The notes under the pieces are model-generated. The model was not told the DNA's origin and did no database searches. It was given only the letters and a program-made list of their open reading frames with translations. This document shows, piece by piece, positions 49,801 through 61,344 of a DNA stretch of 64,000 nucleotides (positions are counted from its first letter, which is position 1; each line of letters starts with the position of its first letter). The stretch is from Eledone cirrhosa. Its lineage: Eukaryota. Location: NCBI GenBank assembly GCA_964016885.1, contig OZ024764.1, forward strand, positions 6,138,001 to 6,202,000, in the 5' to 3' direction. Made by a program: the position numbers and the translations under genes.

Positions 49801-51374
49801 TTAACCTGTTGACTGCCACATATATTTTACACAGCTACAGTTGTTGGTTATTTATTTATTTTTTTTTTTCAGTAAAATGACTTTTTTTAAACAAACATTT
49901 ATTAACAACACATATCTGAATGATTGTCAAACATCACATCAATAAACTAGTAACCCCATCTAGCTTTGAAGTTATGAACTGTTGGAAAGGAGTTTATAGC
50001 TTTGAAGTTATGGACTGTTGGAAAGGAGTTCATAACTTTGAAGTTATGAACTGTTGGAAAGGAGTTCACAACTTTGAAGTTGAGAACTGTTGGAAAGGAG
50101 TTTATAACTTTGAAGTTATGAACTGTTGGAAAGGAGTTCATAACTTTGAAGTTATGAACTGTTGGAAAGGAGTTTATAACTTTGAAGTTAAGAACTGTTG
50201 GAAAGGAGTTCATAACTTTGAAGTTATGAACTGTTGGAAAGGAGTTGATAGCTTTGAAGTTAAGAACTGTTGGAAAGGAGTTCATAACTTTGAAGTTATG
50301 AACTGTTGGAAAGGAGTTTATAACTTTGAAGTTATGAACTGTTGGAAAGGAGTTTATAACTTTGAAGTTATGAACTGTTGGAAAGGAGTTCATAACTTTG
50401 AAGTTATGAACTGTTGGAAAGGAGTTGATAGCTTTGAAGTTATGAACTGTTGGAAAGGAGTTGATAGCTTTGAAGTTATGAACTGTTGGAAAGGAGTTCA
50501 TAACTTTGAAGTTATGAACTGTTGGAAAGGAGTTCATAACTTTGAAGTTATGAACTGTTGGAAAGGAGTTCATAACTTTGAAGTTAAGAACTGTTGGAAA
50601 GGAGTTCATAACTTTGAAGTTATGAACTGTTGGAAAGGAGTTTATAACTTTGAAGTTATGAACTGTTGGAAAGGAGTTTATAACTTTGAAGTTAAGAACT
50701 GTTGGAAAGGAGTTCATAACTTTGAAGTTATGAACTGTTGGAAAGGAGTTTATAACTTTGAAGTTATGAACTGTTGGAAAGGAGTTTATAACTTTGAAGT
50801 TATGAACTGTTGGAAAGGAGTTCATAACTTTGAAGTTATGAACTGTTGGAAAGGAGTTCATAACTTTGAAGTTATGAACTGTTGGAAAGGAGTTCATAGC
50901 TTTGAAGTTATGAACTGTTGGAAAGGAGTTGATAGCTTTGAAGTTATGAACTGTTAGAAAGGAGTTGATAGCTTTGAAGTTATGAACTGTTGGAAAGGAG
51001 TTCATAACTTTGAAGTTATGAACTGTTGGAAAGGAGTTCATAACTTTGAAGTTATGAACTGTTGGAAAGGAGTTCATAACTTTGAAGTTAAGAACTGTTG
51101 GAAAGGAGTTCATAACTTTGAAGTTATGAACTGTTGGAAAGGAGTTTATAACTTTGAAGTTATGAACTGTTGGAAAGGAGTTCATAACTTTGAAGTTATG
51201 AACTGTTGGAAAGGAGTTCATAACTTTGAAGTTATGAACTGTTGGAAAGGAGTTCATAACTTTGAAGTTATGAACTGTTGGAAAGGAGTTCATAGCTTTG
51301 AAGTTATGGACTGTTGGAAATGAGTTCAAACATGTTAAGACGAGTTATCTTGTCTGTAGCACTAAAGAGGTTAA
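49801..51374. mobile_element. Putative TTAA-flanked (piggyBac-like) MITE hosting the 36-bp array
   Basis: Left TTAACCTGTTGACTGCCACA versus reverse complement of right end TTAACCTCTTTAGTGCTACA (16/20). Confidence 0.45.
49958..51325 (+). repeat. 36-bp minisatellite, ~38 copies, with an internal 24-bp palindrome
   Basis: Unit GTTCATAACTT-TG-AAGTTATGAAC-TGTTGGAAAGGA; 12-aa period in the ORF track. Confidence 0.96.
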
Positions 51375-51580
51375 AATCGTTGCTGTACAAAGAAATACTG
51401 TCTTCTGTATGTCCTGTTACCTTGCCTTGTATTTTTCTTGTTTGTTGTTTTCCTATTTTTTCCTCGATTTTTATGTAAAACCCCCACTGTCCCCATCATT
51501 TGTCTCCTATATGTTGGCCCTTGTGGCCAATAAATGAAACCATTATTATTATTATTATTATTACTATAAAAGAACGGTGG

Positions 51581-51760
51581 ATTGGCAGTATCGGTGGAGG
51601 GTCGGACGCCATGCTTTCCAGCATAGTTACGTCCCTTGACGATCTGAGTTCAAATCGCGCCGAGGTTGACTTTGCCTTTCATCCTTACGGGGTCGATAAA
51701 ATAAAGTACCAGTAATGCACTGGGTAATTGCTGGCCTTGTGCCTAAAGTAGAAACAATTA
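51581..51760 (+). mobile_element. SINE family A, near full-length, with (ATT)n tail
   Basis: B box GAGTTCAAATC; Meta-like domain GCCTTTCATCCTTACGGGGTCGATAAA. Confidence 0.9.
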
Positions 51761-51775
51761 TTATTATTATTACTA

Positions 51776-52248
51776 CTAGCAGAAAAACCACCCCTCGGGT
51801 GGTTTTTCTGCTAGCATGTGTAGTGTGTATATTGATATTATACACAAGTATATATACATGTAGATATGATACATCAAATGAAATCATAATTGACAATATA
51901 CACAGAAATTGAAGAGAGACTGTGTTACACTGTCTTCTGTAATCAGTAAAGTAATCCATGATACATTAAAAAAAAGACGATATTATATATAAACTGGATT
52001 AGGAGAAAATTAGGGACAGAAATACATGAATGTTTATTTAAGCGATCGCCACTGGAAGTGTTGACATTTGAAAATGTTAAAGACGTGAATCTTTAAATAA
52101 GTAATAAAATATATTTAATGAACAGCCACGAAATTTAGTAGATAAATTATGTAATATTTATTCAATGTAATCCAACTTATTTTACTAAGGGGATAAAACA
52201 TTATAAACCGTACGCAGTCCCGCACTCCTTACTTTATTATAGTTTAGA
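51776..52248 (-). mobile_element. Non-autonomous Helitron
   Basis: Minus strand A|TCTAAACTATAATAAAG ... 18-bp perfect hairpin ending in CTAG|T. Confidence 0.65.
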
Positions 52249-52264
52249 TTATTATTATTATTAC

Positions 52265-52600
52265 TGAGAATGGCCCCTGTGAGTGAGCCTACCCTGACTA
52301 TGAGCTTATAGGCTGGCTAATTTTAGGAGGAGAGGGGTGCTCTCCCCGGGTGCCCTAGAAGCGCAGGGTGGTTTAGGATTGGTGGGGTACCTGAGTCACT
52401 CCTGGGTCGTCCACCCTCCTACAGGGGAATTTATTTTGTTATATTTATGCATAGTTTATTTTATATTTGTATATCTTCATTGTTAAATTAGTCTTGCCAT
52501 TGTGCACTTTTACTGGACCTTATTGTAAACCCTCCACTGTCCTTGTCTTTGTATTGTCCCCTAGATGTCAGCGCTTGTGACCAATAAATGAAATCATTAT
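52265..52600 (+). mobile_element. 5'-truncated Tx1-like LINE, related subfamily
   Basis: Encodes RMAPVSEPTLTMSL*, homologous to RMARVNGPTLSICL* at 53330-53374; ends CTTGTGACCAATAAATGAAAT(CATT)n. Confidence 0.65.
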
Positions 52601-52614
52601 TACTATTATTATTA

Positions 52615-54301
52615 TTGTTATGTGGTTTTCGCCACGAGTGACCCTCGGAGGCTTCCCCCTTCTTGGGGAATTTTTGTTGTTTGAATTTTTTCAATTTGTT
52701 TTTACACGTTTCTGTCTTTTTACACAACCAAAACCCACTTTGTATCGTCCTGTACCATTCTGTGCCGTCTATAATGTTTTTCTTCATGTTAGCACTTGTG
52801 GCCAATAAAGAAACCATGGCTTTTCTTGTGGGCTTTCTCCACGAGCAACCCTCGGAAGTCTCCCCCCTATTGGGGAATTTTTCATTGTTTCCTTTTTTGT
52901 CACATACTCTGTTTTTTGTTTTTTTACACGCAGAAATGCCCATTTGTATTGTCCTGTGTTGTCCTTAATGTTATACTTTGTATCAACCCTTGTGGTTAAT
53001 AAAGAAAGTGCCCGAGCATTGTTGACTTGTGCCTTTATGTCGAACACCTGCTGTCGTGTGTAGAACGGATCCAGCTATCAGCTGAGTCCGTCGTGAGGAT
53101 TGCCCCGCCCTTTTCCTTTAGCCGGGAAGGGCAGGCAGTTTTTATCTGTCTGGTGGCCATGGCGAAAGAGATAGTATGGTGGACGCGTCTGAAAGGGCTG
53201 AAGACGAGCACTTACCTCTTCGGTGATGCCCTGATTAACTTTTTCAAATTTCATTTGAAAAGGAAAATCAGGGTAGAGAGAGAAGTGCTCTCTTTCCAGC
53301 ATTTTGTTGAAAGATGGGTGAGAGAGGCAAGAATGGCCCGAGTGAATGGACCTACTCTGAGTATATGCCTGTAAATTGAAGGTGGAAAACTGGGAGAGGA
53401 CACTTGCCCTGGTGGTCAGGGTCACCGTGGCTTTTTTTAATGGGCTTTCTCCACGATGGCCCTCGGAAGTCTCCCCCCTATTGGGGAATTTTTCATTGTT
53501 TCTGTTTTTGTTACATCCTCTGTTTTTTTGTTTTTTTTACATGAAGAAATGCCCATTTGTACCGTCCTGTATTGTCCTTAATGTCTACTTTGTGTAAACC
53601 CTAAGCATTATTATTATTATTACTATTATTGGTCAGTGTCACTGTGGTCTTTTAATGGGCTTTCTCCACAAATGTCCCTCGGAAGTCTCCCCCCCTATTG
53701 GGGAATCTTTCTTTGTTTTTTATTACATCCTCTGTTTGTTTTTTTTACACGCAGAAATGCCCATTTGTACCGTCCTGTATTGTCCTGTACTGTCCTTAAT
53801 GTCTACTTTGTGTAAACCCTAAGCATTATTATTATTATTACTATTATTGGTCAGTGTCACTGTGGTCTTTTAATGGGCTTTCTCCACAAATGTCCCTCGG
53901 AAGTCTCCCCCCCTATTGGGGAATCTTTCTTTGTTTTTTATTACATCCTCTGTTTGTTTTTTTTACACGCAGAAATGCCCATTTGTACCGTCCTGTATTG
54001 TCCTGTACTGTCCTTAATGTCTACTTTGTGTAAACCCTAAGCATTATTATTATTATTACTATTATTGGTCAGTGTCACTGTGGTCTTTTAATGGGCTTTC
54101 TCCACAAATGTCCCTCGGAAGTCTCCCCCCCTATTGGGGAATCTTTCTTTGTTTTTTATTACATCCTCTGTTTGTTTTTTTTACACGCAGAAATGCCCAT
54201 TTGTACCGTCCTGTATTGTCCTGTACTGTCCTTAATGTCTACTTTGTGTAAACCCTTGTGGTTAATAAAGAAAGCATTATTATTATTATTATTATTATTA
54301 C

Positions 54302-54340
<39 letters not shown>
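52615..54340 (+). mobile_element. Head-to-tail stack of Tx1-like 3' ends, including three identical 218-bp copies (53631, 53849, 54067)
   Basis: Repeated TGGGCTTTCTCCAC...CCCTCGGAAGTCTCCCCCCTATTGGGGAAT...; ends CCCTTGTGGTTAATAAAGAAA plus (ATT)n. Confidence 0.8.
53006..53374 (+). pseudogene. Tx1/L1-clade ORF2 C-terminal fragment
   Basis: CPSIVDLCLYVEHLL...LVAMAKEIVWWTR...FQHFVERW; the AK..IW..R and F...W motifs follow the CCHC knuckle in Tx1 ORF2. Confidence 0.65.
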
Positions 54341-54341
<1 letters not shown>

Positions 54342-54559
54342 TATCATATATAAGTATGTGTTGTTTGATTTTTTGAAGGGCTTCATCTGGTGCTGATGAA
54401 TGAAGGTGTACATAATATATTGGTTTACTCTGCCTCTCTGGGGGGCAAGTGTGTAGATAGAGTGCTGTATAATTAGGTATGTATATATATCTGTAAGGGA
54501 CAGCATGTATTCTTCTCTACAATTCTATATCATCTATCATTGTGTCTATATATTATATA

Positions 54560-54637
54560 TAGAAATATTTATGCACACATATCTGTATGTATGTATATGT
54601 GTGTATATATATGTGTGTATATATATGTGTATATATA

Positions 54638-54688
<51 letters not shown>

Positions 54689-54724
54689 ATATGTGTATCT
54701 ATATGTATATATATATATACATAC

Positions 54725-54776
<52 letters not shown>

Positions 54777-55131
54777 ATATGTGTATATGTATGTATATAT
54801 GTGTATATGTATGTATATATGTGTATATGTATATATGTGTATATGTATGTATATATGTATATATGTGTGTATATATGTATGTATATATGTGTGTATATAT
54901 GTATGTATATGTATGTATATATGTGTATATATATATATATATGTGTATATATATATATATATATGTGTATATATATGTATATATGTATGTATATGTATAT
55001 ATGTGTATATATATATGTATATATGTGTATATATATATATATATGTATGTATATATGTGTATATGTATATATATGTATATATGTATGTATATGTATATAT
55101 GTGTATATATATATATATGTGTATATATATA

Positions 55132-55172
<41 letters not shown>

Positions 55173-55181
55173 ATATATGTA

Positions 55182-55224
<43 letters not shown>

Positions 55225-55245
55225 AAGTATATATATTATGTGTGT
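54560..55245. repeat. (TA)/(TATG) microsatellite
   Basis: Direct reading. Confidence 0.95.
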
Positions 55246-55773
55246 ATCATCATCATCATCGCCATTTAACATCTACTTTTCCATGCTAGCATGGGTTAGA
55301 CAACTTGTTTTGTTATGTGTATCTATATCATCATCATCATCATCACCGTTTTACGTCCGTTCTTCCACGCTAGCATGGGTTAGACGGGTTGTCCTGTTGT
55401 GTGCAGTGTCTGGTCGGCTGACCATGCCTTGCTCATACAGGAACTGATTTTGGCTTGATTTCTACAGCTGGATGCCCTACCTAACACCAACCTCATTTAC
55501 AGTGAGTGCTGGGTGCTTTTTCGTGGCGCCTACACGTCCACTTTACAGTGTGGGCTGGGTGCTTTTTTGCCGTGGCACCTCCACGACCACCTTGCGGTGG
55601 GGGGTGTGGGGGAATATTGTCTATATGCTTCAGCTTGTACCCATGGGAGGTCGGGTACTCTGTATTACTGCGTGACGCCAGAGGTCACGGTTGTGTGTCA
55701 TTGCCTTTGAGAGGTGTAATTGGATAAGGTCGGCTTTTATCACCTCATCCCAGGTCTTCTTGGGTCTCCCCAC

Positions 55774-57525
55774 TCAGCGGTTTCCATCGACTTCTAGTGC
55801 TCTGCACCTTTTTATGCAGCTGTCATCCTTCATACACATCACATGTCCATACCAACGTAACGGCTTCTCCTGCACACAGCATTTGATTCCTCTTATGCTC
55901 AGTCTCTCTCTCAATTCATTTATGCTTTGTCGTTCGCGTATATTACTATTACACATCCATCGGAGCATGCAGGCTTCGTTTCTTTCTAATCTACGTAAGT
56001 CTTCCACCTTCAGCGCCCAGGTCTCACTACCATGTAACATTGCTGTTCGGATACACGCATCATACAGTCTGCCTTTCATTCTGAGGGAGAATCCTTTTGC
56101 AGCCAGCAGTGGCAGTAGCTCCCTGAACTTCTTCCATCTTGTTCTTACCCTAGTCATTGTACTTTCCGAACACCCACCACCGCTGCTAATTCGGTCACCT
56201 AGGTAGCAGAAGCTGTCTACTGTTTCTACAGAGCCCTCCCAGAGATTGGTGGTACTTGTTTCCTGTGGCTGTTTGCTGCTTGCTGTCCCAGCACAGCTGC
56301 TACATGTGAAGCCTACATTCTTAATTAAGCTTCCTGAGATTCCGCTACATCTCTTGTGTACCCATTGTTTGCATTTGGGGCAGAGAATGGAGTTCCTACC
56401 TACACCTTTCCTACATACTGAGCAAAGCCATTTCCCTGAGGGGATCTGGGTTCTGTTTTCTAGTCTACTTACAAGGACCTTAGTCTTTGTCAGGTTGACT
56501 TTGAGACCCTTTCTTTCTAGTCCCTGCTTCCAAGTGTGGAATTTCTTCTCTAGTTCTACCATAGATTCAAGTGCAAGGTCATCTGCATACAGGAGTTCCC
56601 ATGGGTATCCGGTCTTAAACTCCTCCGTTATTGCCTGCAGGACTATGATGAACAGGAGAGGGCTAAGAACAGAGCCCTGGTGGACACCAACTTGTACACT
56701 AACTTCCTCGCTATACTCATTGCTAATCCTAACTTTGCTGACGGCTCCCCTATACATGGCTTGTACAGCTTTCACAAGCCATTCATCTACTCCTAGTTTT
56801 CTAAGAGCCCACCAGATTATAGCATGTGGAACTCTGTCAAAGGCTTTCTCGAGATTGACGAATGCCAGGTAGAGTGGCTTACTTTTAGCTAGGTACTTTT
56901 CCTGTAACTGCCTCACAAGGAAGAGGGCATCAGTGGTGCCTCTTCCTGGTACAAACCCAAATTGCATCTCGTCTAGTTTCACCCGGTCCCTAATCAACTG
57001 TGCTATAACTCTTTCTGTTACTTTCATGACCTGGTCCATCAGCCTTATACCTCTATAGTTTCTTCTATCTAGTGCATCACCTTTACCTTTGTAGCAGTTG
57101 ACAATGATGCTACTGCACCAATCTTTTGGTATGACACCTTCTAGTATTACTTGGTTAACAATACGTGTGGTTATAGTGTGACCTACAGACCCAGATGCCT
57201 TCAGCATCTCGGCAGCTATACCCGATGGACCATTTGCCTTCCCCATCTTCATATCTTTGATTGCCTTACTTACTACGCTGCTGCTGACTTGTATTGCTGA
57301 CCCCTCTATAGGGTCTACTTGGGGTAGGGTCTCTTCTTCCCATGCATTCTCCTCATTTAGTAATCTATCATAATGACTCTTCCATGCATCTTTCTTCTCA
57401 GCACTTGTGAGGGCAAGCTCACCTTTATCATTCCGGATACACTTCTCTCCAATGACATCACAATTCTCTCTGACACACTGCCTCGCAATCTTGAACACCT
57501 CCTGTTTCTGTTCCTCATGTTGCAA
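55774..57525 (-). pseudogene. RTE reverse transcriptase segment with a PHD-like Cys/His finger insertion
   Basis: YADD motif; FVNLEKAFD (catalytic D changed to N); CSVC...CPKC.QWVH.RC...CSSC; reading continues VGRPKKTW past a premature stop. Confidence 0.92.
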
Positions 57526-57908
57526 TACATGCTTGAATTTTCTATCCTCTGCTTCCCTAGCTAAGTATACTTGTCGCCTAGCTTCCCTCTTGGTCTCTAT
57601 GTAATGTATCCTGCTTCCCCCGTTCTTCCATTCTTTCCATGCCTGTCTCTGGCCTTAACTGCCTCATCTACCTTATTGTTCCACCACCAAGTTACTCTCC
57701 TCCTGCTTGTGGTCTTACTCCAGCCACAGACCTCATCCGTCGCCTCTAGTAAGTTATTTTTTAGGAACTCCCAGTGCTCTTCTACATTGAATGTCTCTAT
57801 CTGTTCTTCTTTACTGTCGTAGGCGTTGAGTAAAATATCTTTAAATCTGTTACTGGCTGAGGGGTCTTTCAGCTTCCAGATCTTTCTTCTCCAGGTTGGC
57901 CTCTGTTT

Positions 57909-58648
57909 CTAAATTCCTCTAGTTCTGACGGTGAGGTCGCTGACAACTAAGCTATGTTGGGAGGTACATTCCTCACTAGGGAAGGCTTTTGTGTTTATGA
58001 CCGTCCATCTGTCACGTCCTCTGATGAGGATAACATCTATCTGACTAGAATGCTCCCCTGATCTATAGGTGATCAGGTGGTTGTCGGGTTTTTTGAAGTT
58101 TGTGTTACATATCGACATGTCATTGGCGTCGCAGAATTCTGGAAGCCTGAATCCTTCTTCATTTCTTGTGCCAACCCCATATCCTCCATGGACTCTATTG
58201 AAGCCGTCACAGTGTTTACCTACGTCTCCGTTAAAATCTCCTGCAATGATTAGGAAGTCATTGTCGTTTGTTAGAGCAGTAGTGTGCATTAGGGACTTGT
58301 AAAACCTATCCTTAAGTTCGTCTGGCAACCCCGATTGGGGTGTGTAAGCTGATATTATTGTGGTAATTGTTTTATTTAGGACTAGTCTGAGTTTAATGAT
58401 TCTTGCATTTACCCTGTACACTGAGATTACTTTATCTACCCACTTGTCAGCTAGTAGAATACCTACACCACCCATCCCATCGTCATTTCCCAGCCAGAAA
58501 AATTTGTAGCACTGACTTTTTTCTACAAGGACTCTAGCAGACTCTCCTCTCCATCTAGTCTCTTGCACACAGCATACATCAATTTCCTTTCGCTCTAGCA
58601 TCTCTACGATTTCTCCTGCTCTTCCTTTCATTGTGCTTACATTGAAAG
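57909..58648 (-). pseudogene. RTE apurinic-like endonuclease segment
   Basis: QET, SAY.P, GDFN and QID.IL motifs; the ORF-track N-terminus upstream of 58648 is not homologous. Confidence 0.9.
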
Positions 58649-58817
58649 GTGGGTCTTCTGCAGTATAGCCAGGGCTGGTACCACCATATAGACAAACTAG
58701 GCAGCCAGCTAGAGCACTGATTTCAGGGGCCACATTTCTCCAAATCAACAACAATTTTATTGAGGGTCGTTATTTATCTTGGCTTATTTCATACTGGGAC
58801 AATTAAACATTGAAAAA

Positions 58818-59205
58818 TCTCAGCGAGGAAACCACCAACGCCATACGCAAAGCCATCAGAAGTGAGGGCCTCAATATCAAACTACCTCACCCTGGACCTT
58901 CCCTGCGAAGATGCCTCTCCACAAGACAACCCCCTAACGAGGATAACAGATGCACCCTAGCTAATTGCCCTATCTGCAACACTAATTATTGCCTACGTAC
59001 CTACGTAGTATACAGGCTAGAATGTAACAAGTGCAATCTATTTTACATAGGCAGCACTATTCGACCGTTACATCTCCGTATTAAAGAACATGTTAACACT
59101 AACTCCTCTTCCTTCCGCAAACACATCATCAAATGTGGGAACTGGGACAACATTACCACCACAATCTTAGCTACTGAACGCAGTATAGGCACGCTGAGAA
59201 TTAAC
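58818..59205 (+). pseudogene. Penelope-like element GIY-YIG endonuclease fragment
   Basis: C..ANCPIC....C....VVYRLECNKC..FYIGSTIRPLHLRIKEH......F..H...C; no RT present; cut off next to a SINE insertion. Confidence 0.85.
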
Positions 59206-59217
59206 CTTGCCTAGAGT

Positions 59218-59560
59218 GGAGGCACATGGCTTAGTGGTTAGAACATTGGCCTTGCAATCGAAAGGTTGTGAGTTCAATTCTCAGACCGGGTGATGTGTTG
59301 TTTCCTTGAGCAAGACACTTTATTTCAAATTGCTCCAGTTTACTCAGCTGTAGAAATGAGATGATAGGGACTGGGGTTCCCTATCATTCCACTGCAAAGT
59401 GGTCGTGGAGGTGCCACGGCAAAAAAGCACCCAGCACTCACTGTAAATGAGGTTGGTGTTAGGAAGGGCATCCAGCTGTAGAAATCGAGCCAGAATCAGT
59501 TCCCGTCCCACCCTTGCAAGCAGCGAAAAAGCAGACGTAAAATGAAATGAAATGAAATGA
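59218..59560 (+). mobile_element. Full-length tRNA-derived SINE family B
   Basis: GGAGGCACATGGCTTAGTGGTTAG...GAGTTCAATTC; TCCTTGAGCAAGACACTT body; RTE-like tail and (AAATG)n; possible TSD AGAGTG. Confidence 0.92.
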
Positions 59561-59699
59561 GAGTGCCAGTAGTCTGGCAGCACCAGCCCTGAGTACAACA
59601 TATCACTAGAGATCTGTGTCATCTCCTTTGAAATATTTAATTCTTCAGGGTCAGCATTTACCACTTCATCCCCTGGCTGCCCCTACACAGCCTTATACA

Positions 59700-59960
59700 G
59701 CTGTTGTTTTCCACATTTCACTCTTCCTATATCTCTCCAGTTTCTCTCTCAGTTCATTGACCCTTCTCCGTTCATCTATAACATATCATTGAAGCATGCA
59801 AGCTTCATTTCTTTCCAATCTTTGTAGGTCCTCTGCATATATTGGCCAGGTCTCTCTTCCATGCAACATTGCTGTTTCTATACAAACGTCATACCATCTG
59901 CCCTTCAGGTTGAGGAAAGAAACCTTTTGTAGCTAGCAGTGGTAGTAGCTCCATTAACCT
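59700..59960 (-). pseudogene. Older RTE RT/thumb-region fragment
   Basis: Minus strand ELLPLLATKGF..LKGRWYDVCIETAMLHGRETW...EDLQRLERNEA is homologous to 55960-56130. Confidence 0.8.
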
Positions 59961-60029
59961 TTTCTCTTCTGTTTTCCCCTTCGTTGCTCTACTTTCACCC
60001 ACACTGCTCTTGTTCCTATATAATAATAA

Positions 60030-60420
60030 TGATAATTGTTTCTACTTTTGGCACAAGGCCAGCAATTACCCAGTGCATTACTGGTACTTTATTTTATCGA
60101 CCCCGTAAGGATGAAAGGCAAAGTCAACCTCGGCTGGATTTGAACTCAGATCGTAAAGGGACGTAACTATGCTGGAAAGCATAACGTCCGACCCTCTACC
60201 GATATGATAATGATTATTATTATTATTATCGGTGATTTGGCAGTATCAGTACAGTGTCAGACACCATGCTTTGCAGCATAGAGCTATGGCCCTTTACTTT
60301 CTGAGTTCAAAGCTGCTGAGGTTAACTTTGCCTTTCATCCTTACAGGGTTGATAAAATAAAGTACCAGTAATGCACTGGGGTAATTGCTGGCCTTGTGCC
60401 AAAAGTAGAAACAATTATTA
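60030..60420. mobile_element. Head-to-head pair of SINE family A copies (60030-60203 minus; 60236-60420 plus)
   Basis: Mirror-oriented copies of the same SINE separated by a short (ATT)n spacer. Confidence 0.85.
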
Positions 60421-60444
60421 TCATCTGCAGCAACAATGACCCTA

Positions 60445-61166
60445 TTCTGGAGTCCCTATCATTAAAACACCCAAGAAACCTCCTATGAGATACAACCTTG
60501 TAGGAGGCCAGCTAAACCTACATAGGTGTGAGCTGTAACAACATGATAGGACTGGGGTCCCTATCATTAAAACACCCAAGAAACCTCCTATGAGATACAA
60601 CCTTGTAGGAGGCCAGCTAAACCTACATAGGTGTGAGCTGTAACAACATGATAGGACTGGGGTCCCTATCATTAAAACACCCAAGAAACCTCCTATGAGA
60701 TACAACCTTGTAGGAGGCCAGCTAAACCTACATAGGTGTGAGCTGTAACAACATGATAGGATTGGGGTCCCTATCATTAAAGCACCCAAGAAACCTCCTA
60801 TGAGATACAACCTTGTAGGAGGCCAGCTAAACCTACATAGGTGTGAGCTGTAACAACATGATAGGACTGGGGTCCCTATCATTAAAACACCCAAGAAACC
60901 TCCTATGAAATACAACCTTGTAGGAGGCCAGCTAAACCTAGATAGGTGTGAGCTGTAACAACATGATAGGACTGGGGTCCCTATCATTAAAACACCCAAG
61001 AAACCTCCTATGAGATACAACCTTGTAGCAGGCCAGCTAAACCTACATAGGTGTGAGTTGTAACAACATGATAGGACTGGGGTCCCTATCATTAAAACAC
61101 CCAAGAAACCTCCTATAAGATACAACCTTGTAGGAGGCCAGCTAAACCTACATAGATGTGAGCTGA
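60445..61166 (+). repeat. 105-bp minisatellite, ~7 copies (array 2)
   Basis: Same monomer as 24521-25452. Confidence 0.95.
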
Positions 61167-61344
61167 AAATTTCATTCTTTCACAAAAGGTTATGGGATGT
61201 ATGAGCTAATTCAAGAGAGATATAATAGAAAGGACTGGTAATGTTTCGGTTACATATATAGATCTACATACATAAGCCTCATCATAATACAACAGAAATA
61301 TGTATATTGTTTCTATATATTTGAAAGTTTAATATTGTCGTTTT

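Larger units (their letters stand above)
55328..58648 (-). mobile_element. RTE-clade (BovB-like) LINE, near full-length and inactivated
   Basis: APE endonuclease (FNVSTMKGR, VCCVQETRW, IAGDFNG), RT (QFGFVPGRGTTDA, GVHQGSVLSPLLF, LLYADDLAL), 3' UTR with (TGA)n tail; stops at 57909 and 55774, a frameshift near 57650. Confidence 0.95.

Noticed and set aside
49920-51329. 345-460 aa repeat ORFs, and a 36-bp CRISPR-sized palindromic repeat
   Set aside because: Pure tandem 36-mer with no unique spacers; open frames are a by-product
54378-54477. Possible exon (AG|GGCTTCATC...AATTAG|GTATGT)
   Set aside because: All three frames hit a stop by the donor and no recognisable motif; insufficient support
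57909-58754. Intact endonuclease gene starting at 58754, or an RTE-Penelope fusion
   Set aside because: Homology starts only at ~58648; the RTE (minus) and GIY-YIG (plus) are on opposite strands and appear to be independent fragments
59218-59290. tRNA gene
   Set aside because: Has A and B boxes but poor cloverleaf pairing and continues into a SINE body; multiple dispersed copies
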